DNA of 63,599 nucleotides, the filler included, from Limisphaerales bacterium (GTDB lineage: Bacteria > Verrucomicrobiota > Verrucomicrobiia > Limisphaerales > SIBE01), in assembly GCA_044225505.1 (NCBI GenBank). It is 4 parts of 4 records of this genome, joined end to end, with 100 filler letters (N's around TTAATTAATTAA, not from the genome) between each part and the next. Parts side by side here need not be neighbours in the genome. Positions count along the whole stretch, not along the records: positions 17,134 to 34,729 come from JBGAIN010000166.1; 3 more parts are not named here. One strand, 5' to 3'. Of the stretch, positions 19,338 through 27,175 are shown one piece after another. Below the pieces are notes generated by a model. It was not told the DNA's origin, did no database searches, and saw nothing but the letters and a program-made list of their open reading frames with translations. Position 1 is the first letter of the stretch. Every line of letters begins with the position of its first letter. The position numbers and the translations under genes were made by a program.

Positions 19338-20012
19338 ATGCCATCCTTCACTACAGATGCCGAACTTTGTCAGTGGATTTGCGCGACCCTCTACGTTCCC
19401 GCTGTCTGCGATGTCCTCGATTCATTGGGATACCGCGATCGGGCCATGCACCAACGCTTGCGGCCGTTGGACCCCGACCATTGCACTTTCGCAGGACGCG
19501 CCCGGACCGTTCGATGGATGGAAACCGATTATGTCGTGGAGGAGGATCCCTATGGTCTTGAAATTGATTTCATGGATTCTCTCGTCCCGGGGGACGTGCC
19601 TGTCCACTCCACCGATTACGCCGGCACAAATGCACCTTGGGGAGAACTCATGAGCACTCTCGCAAAGCGAAATGGGGCGGTGGGCTGCGTGTGCGACAGC
19701 ATGATTCGGGATTGCCGCCGCATCATCCAGATGCGTTTTCCGATTTTTTACCAAGGCATACGACCGTTGGACAGCCAAGGGCGGGGGCGGGTGATGGCTT
19801 ACGACGTCCCTGTTCGGTGTGGAGAAGTTTTAGTTCAAGCCGGTGAACTCGTCTTTGCCGACTTCGACGGCGTGGTGGTGGTGCCGAAAGACGTCGAGGG
19901 CCAAGTTCTGGACCTGGCCGCTGAGAAGGTTGGAAAGGAGAATGATTCGCGCCGGGAACTGCTCAATGGCCGTACGCTGCGCGATGTTTACGACCAATAC
20001 AGAGTGCTTTGA
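19338..20012 (+). CDS. RraA family protein (HMG/CHA aldolase-like)
   Basis: CDVLD, APWGELMS, IRD and V..GELVFADFDGVVVVP motifs. Confidence 0.9.
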   Translation: MPSFTTDAELCQWICATLYVPAVCDVLDSLGYRDRAMHQRLRPLDPDHCTFAGRARTVRWMETDYVVEEDPYGLEIDFMDSLVPGDVPVHSTDYAGTNAPWGELMSTLAKRNGAVGCVCDSMIRDCRRIIQMRFPIFYQGIRPLDSQGRGRVMAYDVPVRCGEVLVQAGELVFADFDGVVVVPKDVEGQVLDLAAEKVGKENDSRRELLNGRTLRDVYDQYRVL

Positions 20013-20064
20013 GAAGTGGCAACGCACGCTGCCAGATGGCTCCCGCAGAGATCGCTCCGGCTCG

Positions 20065-20970
20065 CTACGGCCGAGAAGACTTGCGATCCGACTTGAAAGC
20101 AAGAGCGACGCCTGTCTCCGGGTCGCTCGGGGCCGCTGCAAGGTATTTGGGAATCAAATCCGCGACCGTCTCGGGTCGCTTTCCTTGTTCCAATTCGTAG
20201 GCACGGGCCGCAACGTCCATCCAGAGCAGCCGTTCGACGCGTTGCTGGGTGTTCAGCTTGTTCGCGCCGCTTCGGTAGTTTTTCTCTAAACTCTTTCTCA
20301 TGAAAATGGCCCCAAACCGGCCGCGCCATCCGAACGTCCGGCGTCCCCAAGCCTTTTCCCGGTGAATCACCTGGTCGGCCGATTCGCTGCGGGCCTCAAT
20401 GTCGGTTAGTTCCTGCAATGTCGCTTGGCACTCCTGAGAGTTGAGTTGGCCGATTTGCTTCTCGAGTTCCCTATAACCTAAGGACCGGCATGCGACACCG
20501 ACGAGCATGTCAATCAAAACTCCCCCGCGACTGCACTCATGTCCCAGGCGAATGATGTCGAGGGCAGACGCAGTGGCGACGGCGGGTTGAGAGTCGATTG
20601 TTGCCACTTGGCTCTCCGCCTGCAACGCTCTGGCTAACTTCTTAAATTCGGCCAAATCCGCGACGTGAGTCTCGGCATACTTTTCGGAGTATTGCAGCGG
20701 GACTCGGCAAGGAGTTCGAAGGGCAGTCCGAAGTTTCGAGAGGGTCGCCGCGTTCGTCTTGATGACACTCCGAAGGACATCCTCGTCCCCATGGTCGAGG
20801 TCATTGCTTTCCCTGGGCAACGCCCGTCCCAATTCGATCAGAGTGACGTATCCGTTGGGGGCAGGGAGGGGCTGTTCTGTCGTGCGCCCAGAAGGCCCCC
20901 ATATCAGCAACGCCACCACGGTGGCAATAACGACAAGCAGGATCCCAAGCGCCGCGCGTTTGCTGTTCAT
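20065..20970 (-). CDS. Membrane-anchored hypothetical protein with a pseudopilin-like C-terminal motif
   Basis: N-terminal TM helix; helical body; AYELEQGKRPETVADLIPKYLAAAPSDP tail. Confidence 0.7.
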   Translation of the reverse strand: MNSKRAALGILLVVIATVVALLIWGPSGRTTEQPLPAPNGYVTLIELGRALPRESNDLDHGDEDVLRSVIKTNAATLSKLRTALRTPCRVPLQYSEKYAETHVADLAEFKKLARALQAESQVATIDSQPAVATASALDIIRLGHECSRGGVLIDMLVGVACRSLGYRELEKQIGQLNSQECQATLQELTDIEARSESADQVIHREKAWGRRTFGWRGRFGAIFMRKSLEKNYRSGANKLNTQQRVERLLWMDVAARAYELEQGKRPETVADLIPKYLAAAPSDPETGVALAFKSDRKSSRP

Positions 20971-21121
20971 TGGACTCGACCTTAAAGGTCATGAGCCCCG
21001 GCGTCAGCTATAACGATGTTAGCAGTTTGGAATCCGTCGAGCGTTACATGCGGTGCGAATCTCGGACCTGAGGCGTCCCATAGGGGCTTCCTCGCAACGG
21101 CGGTGGACTCGCGCCCGGCTT

Positions 21122-21394
21122 TTAATCGTCGCGTCGGCCTTGGCCAAGCAGAAAGCCAATGACGAGCCCTACCGCGGCGATGACTCCGACGGTCATCCAC
21201 GGGTTGTCATGGACCCATTCATCCGTTGTGTGCAGCGCTTCCTTGGACCGGTCCAACGCCTGCCGCGAACGCTCGGTCGCCGTTTCGGCCAAGTGCTGTG
21301 CTTTTTCGTAACCTTGTTGAGCCGCTTCACGCCCTTTGTCGTAAAGCTCTTGTCCTTTGCTCAAACCTTGATTGATCAATTTGTTTTCGTCCAT
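21122..21394 (-). CDS. ElaB/YqjD/DUF883 family protein
   Basis: Charged helical N-terminus and DEWVHDNPWMTVGVIAAVGLVIGFLL tail; AAAGGA RBS. Confidence 0.9.
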   Translation of the reverse strand: MDENKLINQGLSKGQELYDKGREAAQQGYEKAQHLAETATERSRQALDRSKEALHTTDEWVHDNPWMTVGVIAAVGLVIGFLLGQGRRDD

Positions 21395-21405
21395 AAATGT
21401 CCTTT

Positions 21406-21570
21406 CTATACCGCTCGGTTTCGGCCGGTGAGCAGGGAGATCACGAAGGCCACTAAGAAGACTACAAACAACACCTTGGCGATGGTCGCTGCCACTCCCG
21501 CAATGGCGAAGAACCCGAGCAATCCCGCAATAAGTGCAATGATCAAAAACGTGATCGCGTAATTTAGCAT
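21406..21570 (-). CDS. DUF1328 (UPF0391) small membrane protein, 54 aa, absent from the ORF track
   Basis: [62 protein letters not shown]. Confidence 0.92.
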   Translation of the reverse strand: MLNYAITFLIIALIAGLLGFFAIAGVAATIAKVLFVVFLVAFVISLLTGRNRAV

Positions 21571-21764
21571 ATGTGTTTTCCTCGTCCTAAGGAGCGCAGT
21601 GTCACTTTCTCCGCAGCTTCCTGTGAATGCAGTTTACGATGCCGAACATCAGGATGCATCAGGGCACTGGGATGAAATCGGACGTGCCAGCGGCACTAGC
21701 GAAAGGTAAGGCAAGACCCTAGCCGAAGGTTGTCTTTTGAATCCCGGTCTGGCACACCCAGACC

Positions 21765-23153
21765 ATGCAATGGCGTTTAGGCTTTGCGATGGCCATCGTG
21801 ACTTTGATCGGAAGGACGACCTTCAGCGCTTCGGTTCCAGCCAGCCTCGCCCCGGCGGGAGCATCGCTGGCCGAGCCCTCGCCCGTGGCATTTCTACGCG
21901 ACTTCGCTGCCCAAGTGCTGGCGAGCGCCCAAGTTTCCTCGGGAAACCGAATTCCAGGAGGGCCGACAAATACGACTGGCCATGCGTTGCGCGTGCCCGG
22001 AGGAACCCAAAGTTACTGTCCGGCATTCTGGATTCGCGACGCGGCCATGATGCTTGGCGAAGACTTCGTCCCTGCGAGTGAAATCGAAGGCTGGGTGGGC
22101 GTCATTGCCGCCACCCAACCGGGCCAGGATGGTTTGCGTTTCGGGCGACTCTTCGTCCCCGGCTACAGCATCCCTGATCACATCACCACGGCGGGTGCGG
22201 CGTGTTGGTATCCCGGCGCTTACACCGAGCAGGGCAACGGTGCCTTTGGCTTCCTTCCACCGGCGGACGACGCCTTTTTCTTCATCCAAATGGTCCGGGA
22301 ACATGGGCGGCTCACGCGCGATGCGGCGTGGTTTAGATCGAGATTCAAGACGGGCTGGGGGGAAGCGGCTCTGAGCGAGATTTGCGTCAAAGCGTTCGAT
22401 TCGGTGGCGGCGGAATTCGAGACCGGCCTGGTGCGATGTGAGGCTGGCGACGAACGATCCAGGGTGGATTGGGGGTTTTGTGATTCTATTCGCAAGACTG
22501 GGTTGTGTCTCATGCCCTCGTTGCTTCGTTGGCGAGCGGCGCGAGACCTCGCGGAATTGTTCGACTCCGTGAACGACAAGCAAGAAGCGCGTCGGTTCGA
22601 AGCCGAAGCAACGAAGATCCAGCGCGCCATTCCCAGCACTTTCAGCCGTCTTGCACTCGCCGCGAGCGAGTCTTACACCGTGCTCATCTCCGCAACAGAG
22701 TTAGGACGAAAGGAAGATGTTTGGGCCGAGGCCTACGCGGTCTGGCTGGGAGTGCTTCCGCCAGACCTGGAAATAGCGATCGCGCGCCATCTGTTATCGC
22801 TTTACCGCTCGGGCGGTACGGTTCGGGAGGGGCAAGTGCGGCATCTGCCCGAGGCCGGGCAGTTCGGCGGGTTTTGGGAACAGGCGCAGTGCGAGCGCGG
22901 CACTTATCAGAATGGCGGGTATTGGGCCACACCGACCGGTTGGTTCGTCACCGCGTTGCGGAAAGTGGATCGGGCGGCGGCGGACCAGCTCTTTGCCGAG
23001 TATTACCATTATGTGCGACGGAATCGAGATGCTGGGGCACCCTGGGAATGGATCCAGCCGGAGAAGAATCTCCGCGTTAACGCACGGTATGGGTCTTCGA
23101 TCGGTTTAGTTATGCACTGTCTGCCCGACGACATGGGAGCCAAGGGTCGGTGA
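21765..23153 (+). CDS. Secreted (alpha/alpha)6 six-hairpin glycosidase-like protein
   Basis: Signal peptide; YCPAFWIRDA, WGFCDSI and YQNGGYWATPTGW motifs. Confidence 0.72.
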   Translation: MQWRLGFAMAIVTLIGRTTFSASVPASLAPAGASLAEPSPVAFLRDFAAQVLASAQVSSGNRIPGGPTNTTGHALRVPGGTQSYCPAFWIRDAAMMLGEDFVPASEIEGWVGVIAATQPGQDGLRFGRLFVPGYSIPDHITTAGAACWYPGAYTEQGNGAFGFLPPADDAFFFIQMVREHGRLTRDAAWFRSRFKTGWGEAALSEICVKAFDSVAAEFETGLVRCEAGDERSRVDWGFCDSIRKTGLCLMPSLLRWRAARDLAELFDSVNDKQEARRFEAEATKIQRAIPSTFSRLALAASESYTVLISATELGRKEDVWAEAYAVWLGVLPPDLEIAIARHLLSLYRSGGTVREGQVRHLPEAGQFGGFWEQAQCERGTYQNGGYWATPTGWFVTALRKVDRAAADQLFAEYYHYVRRNRDAGAPWEWIQPEKNLRVNARYGSSIGLVMHCLPDDMGAKGR

Positions 23154-23349
23154 GCACCGGCGGGGCAGGGGGGCTGAATGAGTTTTCCTTTTTCGTAGTA
23201 TTTTCTTTGACAAGGCTTTCCCGTTGCGGTTTACGTGGTGGTAAGCCCGAAGATTAGCGCAGGCGGACCAATGTTCTCTGGTCACGCTGCGAACCGCTTT
23301 TCTCGGGCGACGGACCGTAGAGTTGGTAAACCTAAACGGAAGTGCCCTC

Positions 23350-26247
23350 ATGAACTCCAAAGAAATTCTACTTCATCAGCTCAGAACCGCTGCCGGGGCT
23401 GGGTTGGTCACAGTTGCGATGTGGCTTTGCGCAGTGAATGCGCAAGCTGCGTTGACTCATCGCTACAGTTTTGACAACGGTGTCACGGACTCGATCGCCG
23501 GCGCGAACGGCACGACTCAAGGGGACGTCACTGTTTCCAGTGGATCCGCAAACTTCCCCGGCGGGAGTAACGCTGACTATATCGAACTTCCCTCTGGTTT
23601 GATCAGTAACTACACCTCGGTCACCTTCGAGTTCTGGGCCACCGTCGCGGATAACGGCACTTGGGAGGAACTCTATGCTTTTGGCAACCAAACTGCGGGT
23701 GGCGAGGGGGCGAACATGGTCATGTTTACGCCGCACAGCGGTGCGAACCCTCCGGATTTTCGAATGAGCTACGCGCAAGCGGCGCCCGGTTACAACGATG
23801 AGAAGGTAGTGAACGGAGTTGGAATCCTCGACAATGCTGGCCCCACCAGTGTGGCTTGCGTTTACGACGTGCCCAACAATTCAATGGCCCTGTATACGAA
23901 TGGCGCGCTGGTGCGCATTCTCTCGCCGGTGACCACCGGCACCAAGCGATTCTCCCTCACCAACGTCATCAATAAATTCTCTTGGCTGGGTCGGTCTCTT
24001 TACAACGCGGACGCCCCTTACAACGGCACAATCGAGGAGTTCCGCATTTATGATGCCCCGCTCAGCCCGCTCCAGGTCTATGTCAACAACGCCGCTGGCG
24101 CGAACACGGTTGTCACCAACATCGAGATTAGCTCGCTCACCTGGAACGCCGAAAAGTCGATGGTCGTCGGCTCGCGTCAGAATACAACCGTCACCTTCAA
24201 CACGGCGAAGTACGGCAGTGTGACTTTGGCCGGAGCGACCGAAGCCACCTATTCATCGGCAGATTCCCAGATCATTCGCGTGACACCGCAAGGGCAGCTT
24301 TTTGCGCTCAAGGAAGGTTCCACAACGGTCTCTGCGGTTTACAACGGCACGACCAACAACACCGTGATCACCGTCACGGCTCCGAAACTTGTCCATCGCT
24401 ATAGCTTCACAGCCGATGCGAGCGACTCTGTCGGCGGTGCCAATGGCACGCTCATGGGCGGTGCTACCATCTCGAACGGCGCTGTGGTCCTCCCTGGCGG
24501 GACAACTTCGGGCGACCCAGCCGCACCTTACGTCGATCTTCCCAACAACCTCGTGACCAACCTCACCGCTTCGACGTTTGAAGCTTGGGCCACCGACAAT
24601 GAGAGCGCGGCTTGGGCCCGCATCTGGGACTTTGGCAATAGCGCCGGGGGCGAAGGTGTTTCCGACACCGGCAGCGCGTATGTCATGGCAAGCTTGCCTA
24701 ACGGCAGCGGCGCGATTCAAGGAACGATCCACTTGAATGATCGGGGCGACGACGCTTCGGTGACGGGAACCCGTCCGGCTTCAGGCCAATTGTTTCACCT
24801 CGTCTGGGCGAGTGACATCGCCAGTCGCACCAGTTGGTTGTATCTGAACGGCCTACTGCTCGGCGCCAATGCCAACACCACCGTTGGGCCCGCGGATTTA
24901 GGAAAGACCGTCAATAATTGGCTGGGCCGATCCCAATTCAGCGGTGACGCCGCGTTCTCGGGAACCATTACCGAGTTCCGAATCTATGACGGCGCCGTCT
25001 CCCCATTGCAAGTTGCTCTCAACGCGGCGTCAGGCCCGGACACCATTCTGGCCGACCCGGGAGCGGTGCAAAGCTTACAGCTGAGCATCGGCACCAATGT
25101 CCTGACCAGCGGCGGGTTCCCTGTGCAGGCCACATTGACCGCGAACTTCGCCAATGTCACGAACGTGAATCTTACGAGTGTCCCAGGCGTTACCTACACG
25201 TCGAGTGATCCTGGTGTCCTGACCGTGACTGGCACAGGTCAACTCCGGGATATGGCTGCCGGATCCGCGACAGTGACCGCATCGTACGGCGGCAAATCAA
25301 CGACTCTCCCCGTCACGGTCGGCAGTTTGCCCGGCCATACCGCGGCCACGCTGACTCATCGCTATAGCTTTAGTGAAACATCGGGAACGACCGTCAAAGA
25401 CTCGGTCGGCACTGCGGACGGCACGGTCAAGGGGCTGGGAGCGACCTTTGCCAACGGACAGATCAGTTTGCCCGGCGGCACCGGATCGGGAGCAGACGCC
25501 GCGACTCTCTCTGGCTATGTCGACCTGCCCAATCACATCATCAATGTGAGCAGCGATCTGTCCGTCGAAGCTTGGGTCACCTGGGAAGGGTCCAGCCAGT
25601 GGCAGCGCATCTTCGACTTAGGCACTTCTGCGACGGGCGAGGATGTCTCGGATGGGAGCGGCAATTACTTGTTCCTGTCGCCGCAAGGATCAGCGAACCA
25701 TTATCAGTTCTCCGTCCGCGATCCGAACGCGGGCAATGAACCGTCTCCGCTGATCGCGGCAACTGCCCTTCCGACCAACGAGGAAGTTTATCTCGCGGTG
25801 GCCTATGACTTCGCCAACAACATCGCGCGCCTCTATAGCAATGCCGTTCTCGTGGCTTGGAACACCGCTCCGATCGATTTGATGGCGATCGACGACGTCA
25901 ATAACTGGCTCGGCCGTTCCCAATGGAACGATCCGATGTTCCAAGGTAAATATAATGAGTTCCGTCTTTGGAAGGGCGTCTTGCTCCCGGGCGAGATCGC
26001 AACGCATTACGCCGCAGGACCCGATTCTCTCGACGCTCTGCCGAAGGTGACCGCCTCAGTGAGTGGCGGTAATCTGTCGATCTCCTGGTCGGCCAGTGCG
26101 AGCGGATTCGTGCTGCAGAGCAGTCCCAAACTCGGTCAGGGAGCGACGTGGACACCGGTCACAACGGCGCCGACATCCGCTAACGGCACATCCACAGTCA
26201 CAGTGCCAACCAGCAGCGGCACGTTGTTCTACCGCCTGGCTAAGTAG
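23350..26247 (+). CDS. Large secreted protein: three LamG-like domains separated by Big_2-type Ig domains, C-terminal W...FYR module
   Basis: Three HRYSF...Y.(D/E)LP...WLGRS...EFR(I/L) units; two Y.SSD/SAD..V...G.L....G.TV.A.Y.G Ig units; ends LFYRLAK. Confidence 0.88.
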   Translation: MNSKEILLHQLRTAAGAGLVTVAMWLCAVNAQAALTHRYSFDNGVTDSIAGANGTTQGDVTVSSGSANFPGGSNADYIELPSGLISNYTSVTFEFWATVADNGTWEELYAFGNQTAGGEGANMVMFTPHSGANPPDFRMSYAQAAPGYNDEKVVNGVGILDNAGPTSVACVYDVPNNSMALYTNGALVRILSPVTTGTKRFSLTNVINKFSWLGRSLYNADAPYNGTIEEFRIYDAPLSPLQVYVNNAAGANTVVTNIEISSLTWNAEKSMVVGSRQNTTVTFNTAKYGSVTLAGATEATYSSADSQIIRVTPQGQLFALKEGSTTVSAVYNGTTNNTVITVTAPKLVHRYSFTADASDSVGGANGTLMGGATISNGAVVLPGGTTSGDPAAPYVDLPNNLVTNLTASTFEAWATDNESAAWARIWDFGNSAGGEGVSDTGSAYVMASLPNGSGAIQGTIHLNDRGDDASVTGTRPASGQLFHLVWASDIASRTSWLYLNGLLLGANANTTVGPADLGKTVNNWLGRSQFSGDAAFSGTITEFRIYDGAVSPLQVALNAASGPDTILADPGAVQSLQLSIGTNVLTSGGFPVQATLTANFANVTNVNLTSVPGVTYTSSDPGVLTVTGTGQLRDMAAGSATVTASYGGKSTTLPVTVGSLPGHTAATLTHRYSFSETSGTTVKDSVGTADGTVKGLGATFANGQISLPGGTGSGADAATLSGYVDLPNHIINVSSDLSVEAWVTWEGSSQWQRIFDLGTSATGEDVSDGSGNYLFLSPQGSANHYQFSVRDPNAGNEPSPLIAATALPTNEEVYLAVAYDFANNIARLYSNAVLVAWNTAPIDLMAIDDVNNWLGRSQWNDPMFQGKYNEFRLWKGVLLPGEIATHYAAGPDSLDALPKVTASVSGGNLSISWSASASGFVLQSSPKLGQGATWTPVTTAPTSANGTSTVTVPTSSGTLFYRLAK

Positions 26248-26282
26248 GTTAGCTGCAGACGCACACGTCTAATCTTACGCGC

Positions 26283-26310
26283 AAAGACCCGGGGTAACTC
26301 GGGTCTTTTT
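26283..26310 (+). terminator. Rho-independent terminator
   Basis: AAAGACCCGGG-GTAA-CTCGGGTCTTTTT. Confidence 0.85.
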
Positions 26311-26323
26311 GGTTAGTCGCAAA

Positions 26324-26360
26324 TTGACTCCCGGCCAAATGTCGGATATTTGTCTAACAT
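26324..26360 (+). promoter_or_regulatory. Putative promoter/operator of the toxin-antitoxin pair
   Basis: TTGACT -35 at 26324; imperfect inverted repeat ATGTCGGATA/TGTCTAACAT overlapping the start; no SD, so possibly leaderless. Confidence 0.5.
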
Positions 26361-26613
26361 GAGCAAGAAGGCGAAGAAGACAAACGCGACCACGGTCTCA
26401 TCGCGGGCCTTTCAGCAGCAGTTCAGCCAGGTGGCGGACGCCCTTCGACCGGGAGAAAGTGTCACCGTCACGAAACATGGCGAGCCGATTGGGACCTTTA
26501 TCAAAGTGCTAAAGCCAAAGCCAGCGCCTGACTATCTGGGCAACCTCCACAAACTGGGATACTCCGCGAAGGACGGGCAACGGGTGATCGACGTCATCCA
26601 TGATTTATCCTGA
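26359..26613 (+). CDS. Phd/YefM-like antitoxin
   Basis: TVSSRAFQQQFSQV...GESVTVTKHGEPIG pattern; directly upstream of and overlapping a PIN-like gene. Confidence 0.75.
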   Translation: MSKKAKKTNATTVSSRAFQQQFSQVADALRPGESVTVTKHGEPIGTFIKVLKPKPAPDYLGNLHKLGYSAKDGQRVIDVIHDLS

Positions 26614-27037
26614 CCTTCACTTTGTCACCAGCATCCTAATCAAGGGCGACCACAGCCAGGAGGCGGCCCAGTTGCTTCGGAAAGTTCCTCATCCGCTTCG
26701 ATTGAGTTTGGTTCATCGGTTGCAGCTCGAAAATGCCTTGCTCAGATTGCTCCATGGCTCCGACGCGAAACAGGCGGCCATTGCCCGGGATGGACTCCGA
26801 ATTTGGCGCCAGTATCTCGACGAACAGGTTTTCCTAATCCAGCAATTTGATCTGGAACACGCTTTTGCTAAAGCAGCCTTGTGGAACGCAGCGTTCAGCA
26901 TGCAACCTCCGAGATGGGGACACCTGGTCCATCCGGCCATCGCTTCTCTGGTGGAGGCCACTTTTGTCAGCTTTATTCCAGCTCTGCGCAAACGAGCTGC
27001 AGATGAGGGGCTCGCCTTGCTCCCGGAACGGCTTTAA
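26600..27037 (+). CDS. PIN-domain (VapC-like) protein with a degenerate active site
   Basis: MIYPD start, H...EA..LL, H.L.LENAL, L.H.AIA, F.SF and A..EGL pattern of VapC-like PIN proteins. Confidence 0.7.
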   Translation: MIYPDLHFVTSILIKGDHSQEAAQLLRKVPHPLRLSLVHRLQLENALLRLLHGSDAKQAAIARDGLRIWRQYLDEQVFLIQQFDLEHAFAKAALWNAAFSMQPPRWGHLVHPAIASLVEATFVSFIPALRKRAADEGLALLPERL

Positions 27038-27175
27038 ATCCCCGCTGCCGGATTTCTTCCCTCAGCTTTGGCAATAGGAGCTCGGCTGGACCTGCGGGAT
27101 CAGTCGCCTTGTTCCTGATTCCTGCTTCGACAGCGAACACTTGAACGGGGCGATCCGCCTTTTTTCCAATGCCAC

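Noticed and set aside
21625..21690. Possible sigma-54 promoter (TGGCAC/CGGCAT) upstream of the DUF1328 gene
   Set aside because: The GG-N10-GC spacing is not satisfied for either candidate.
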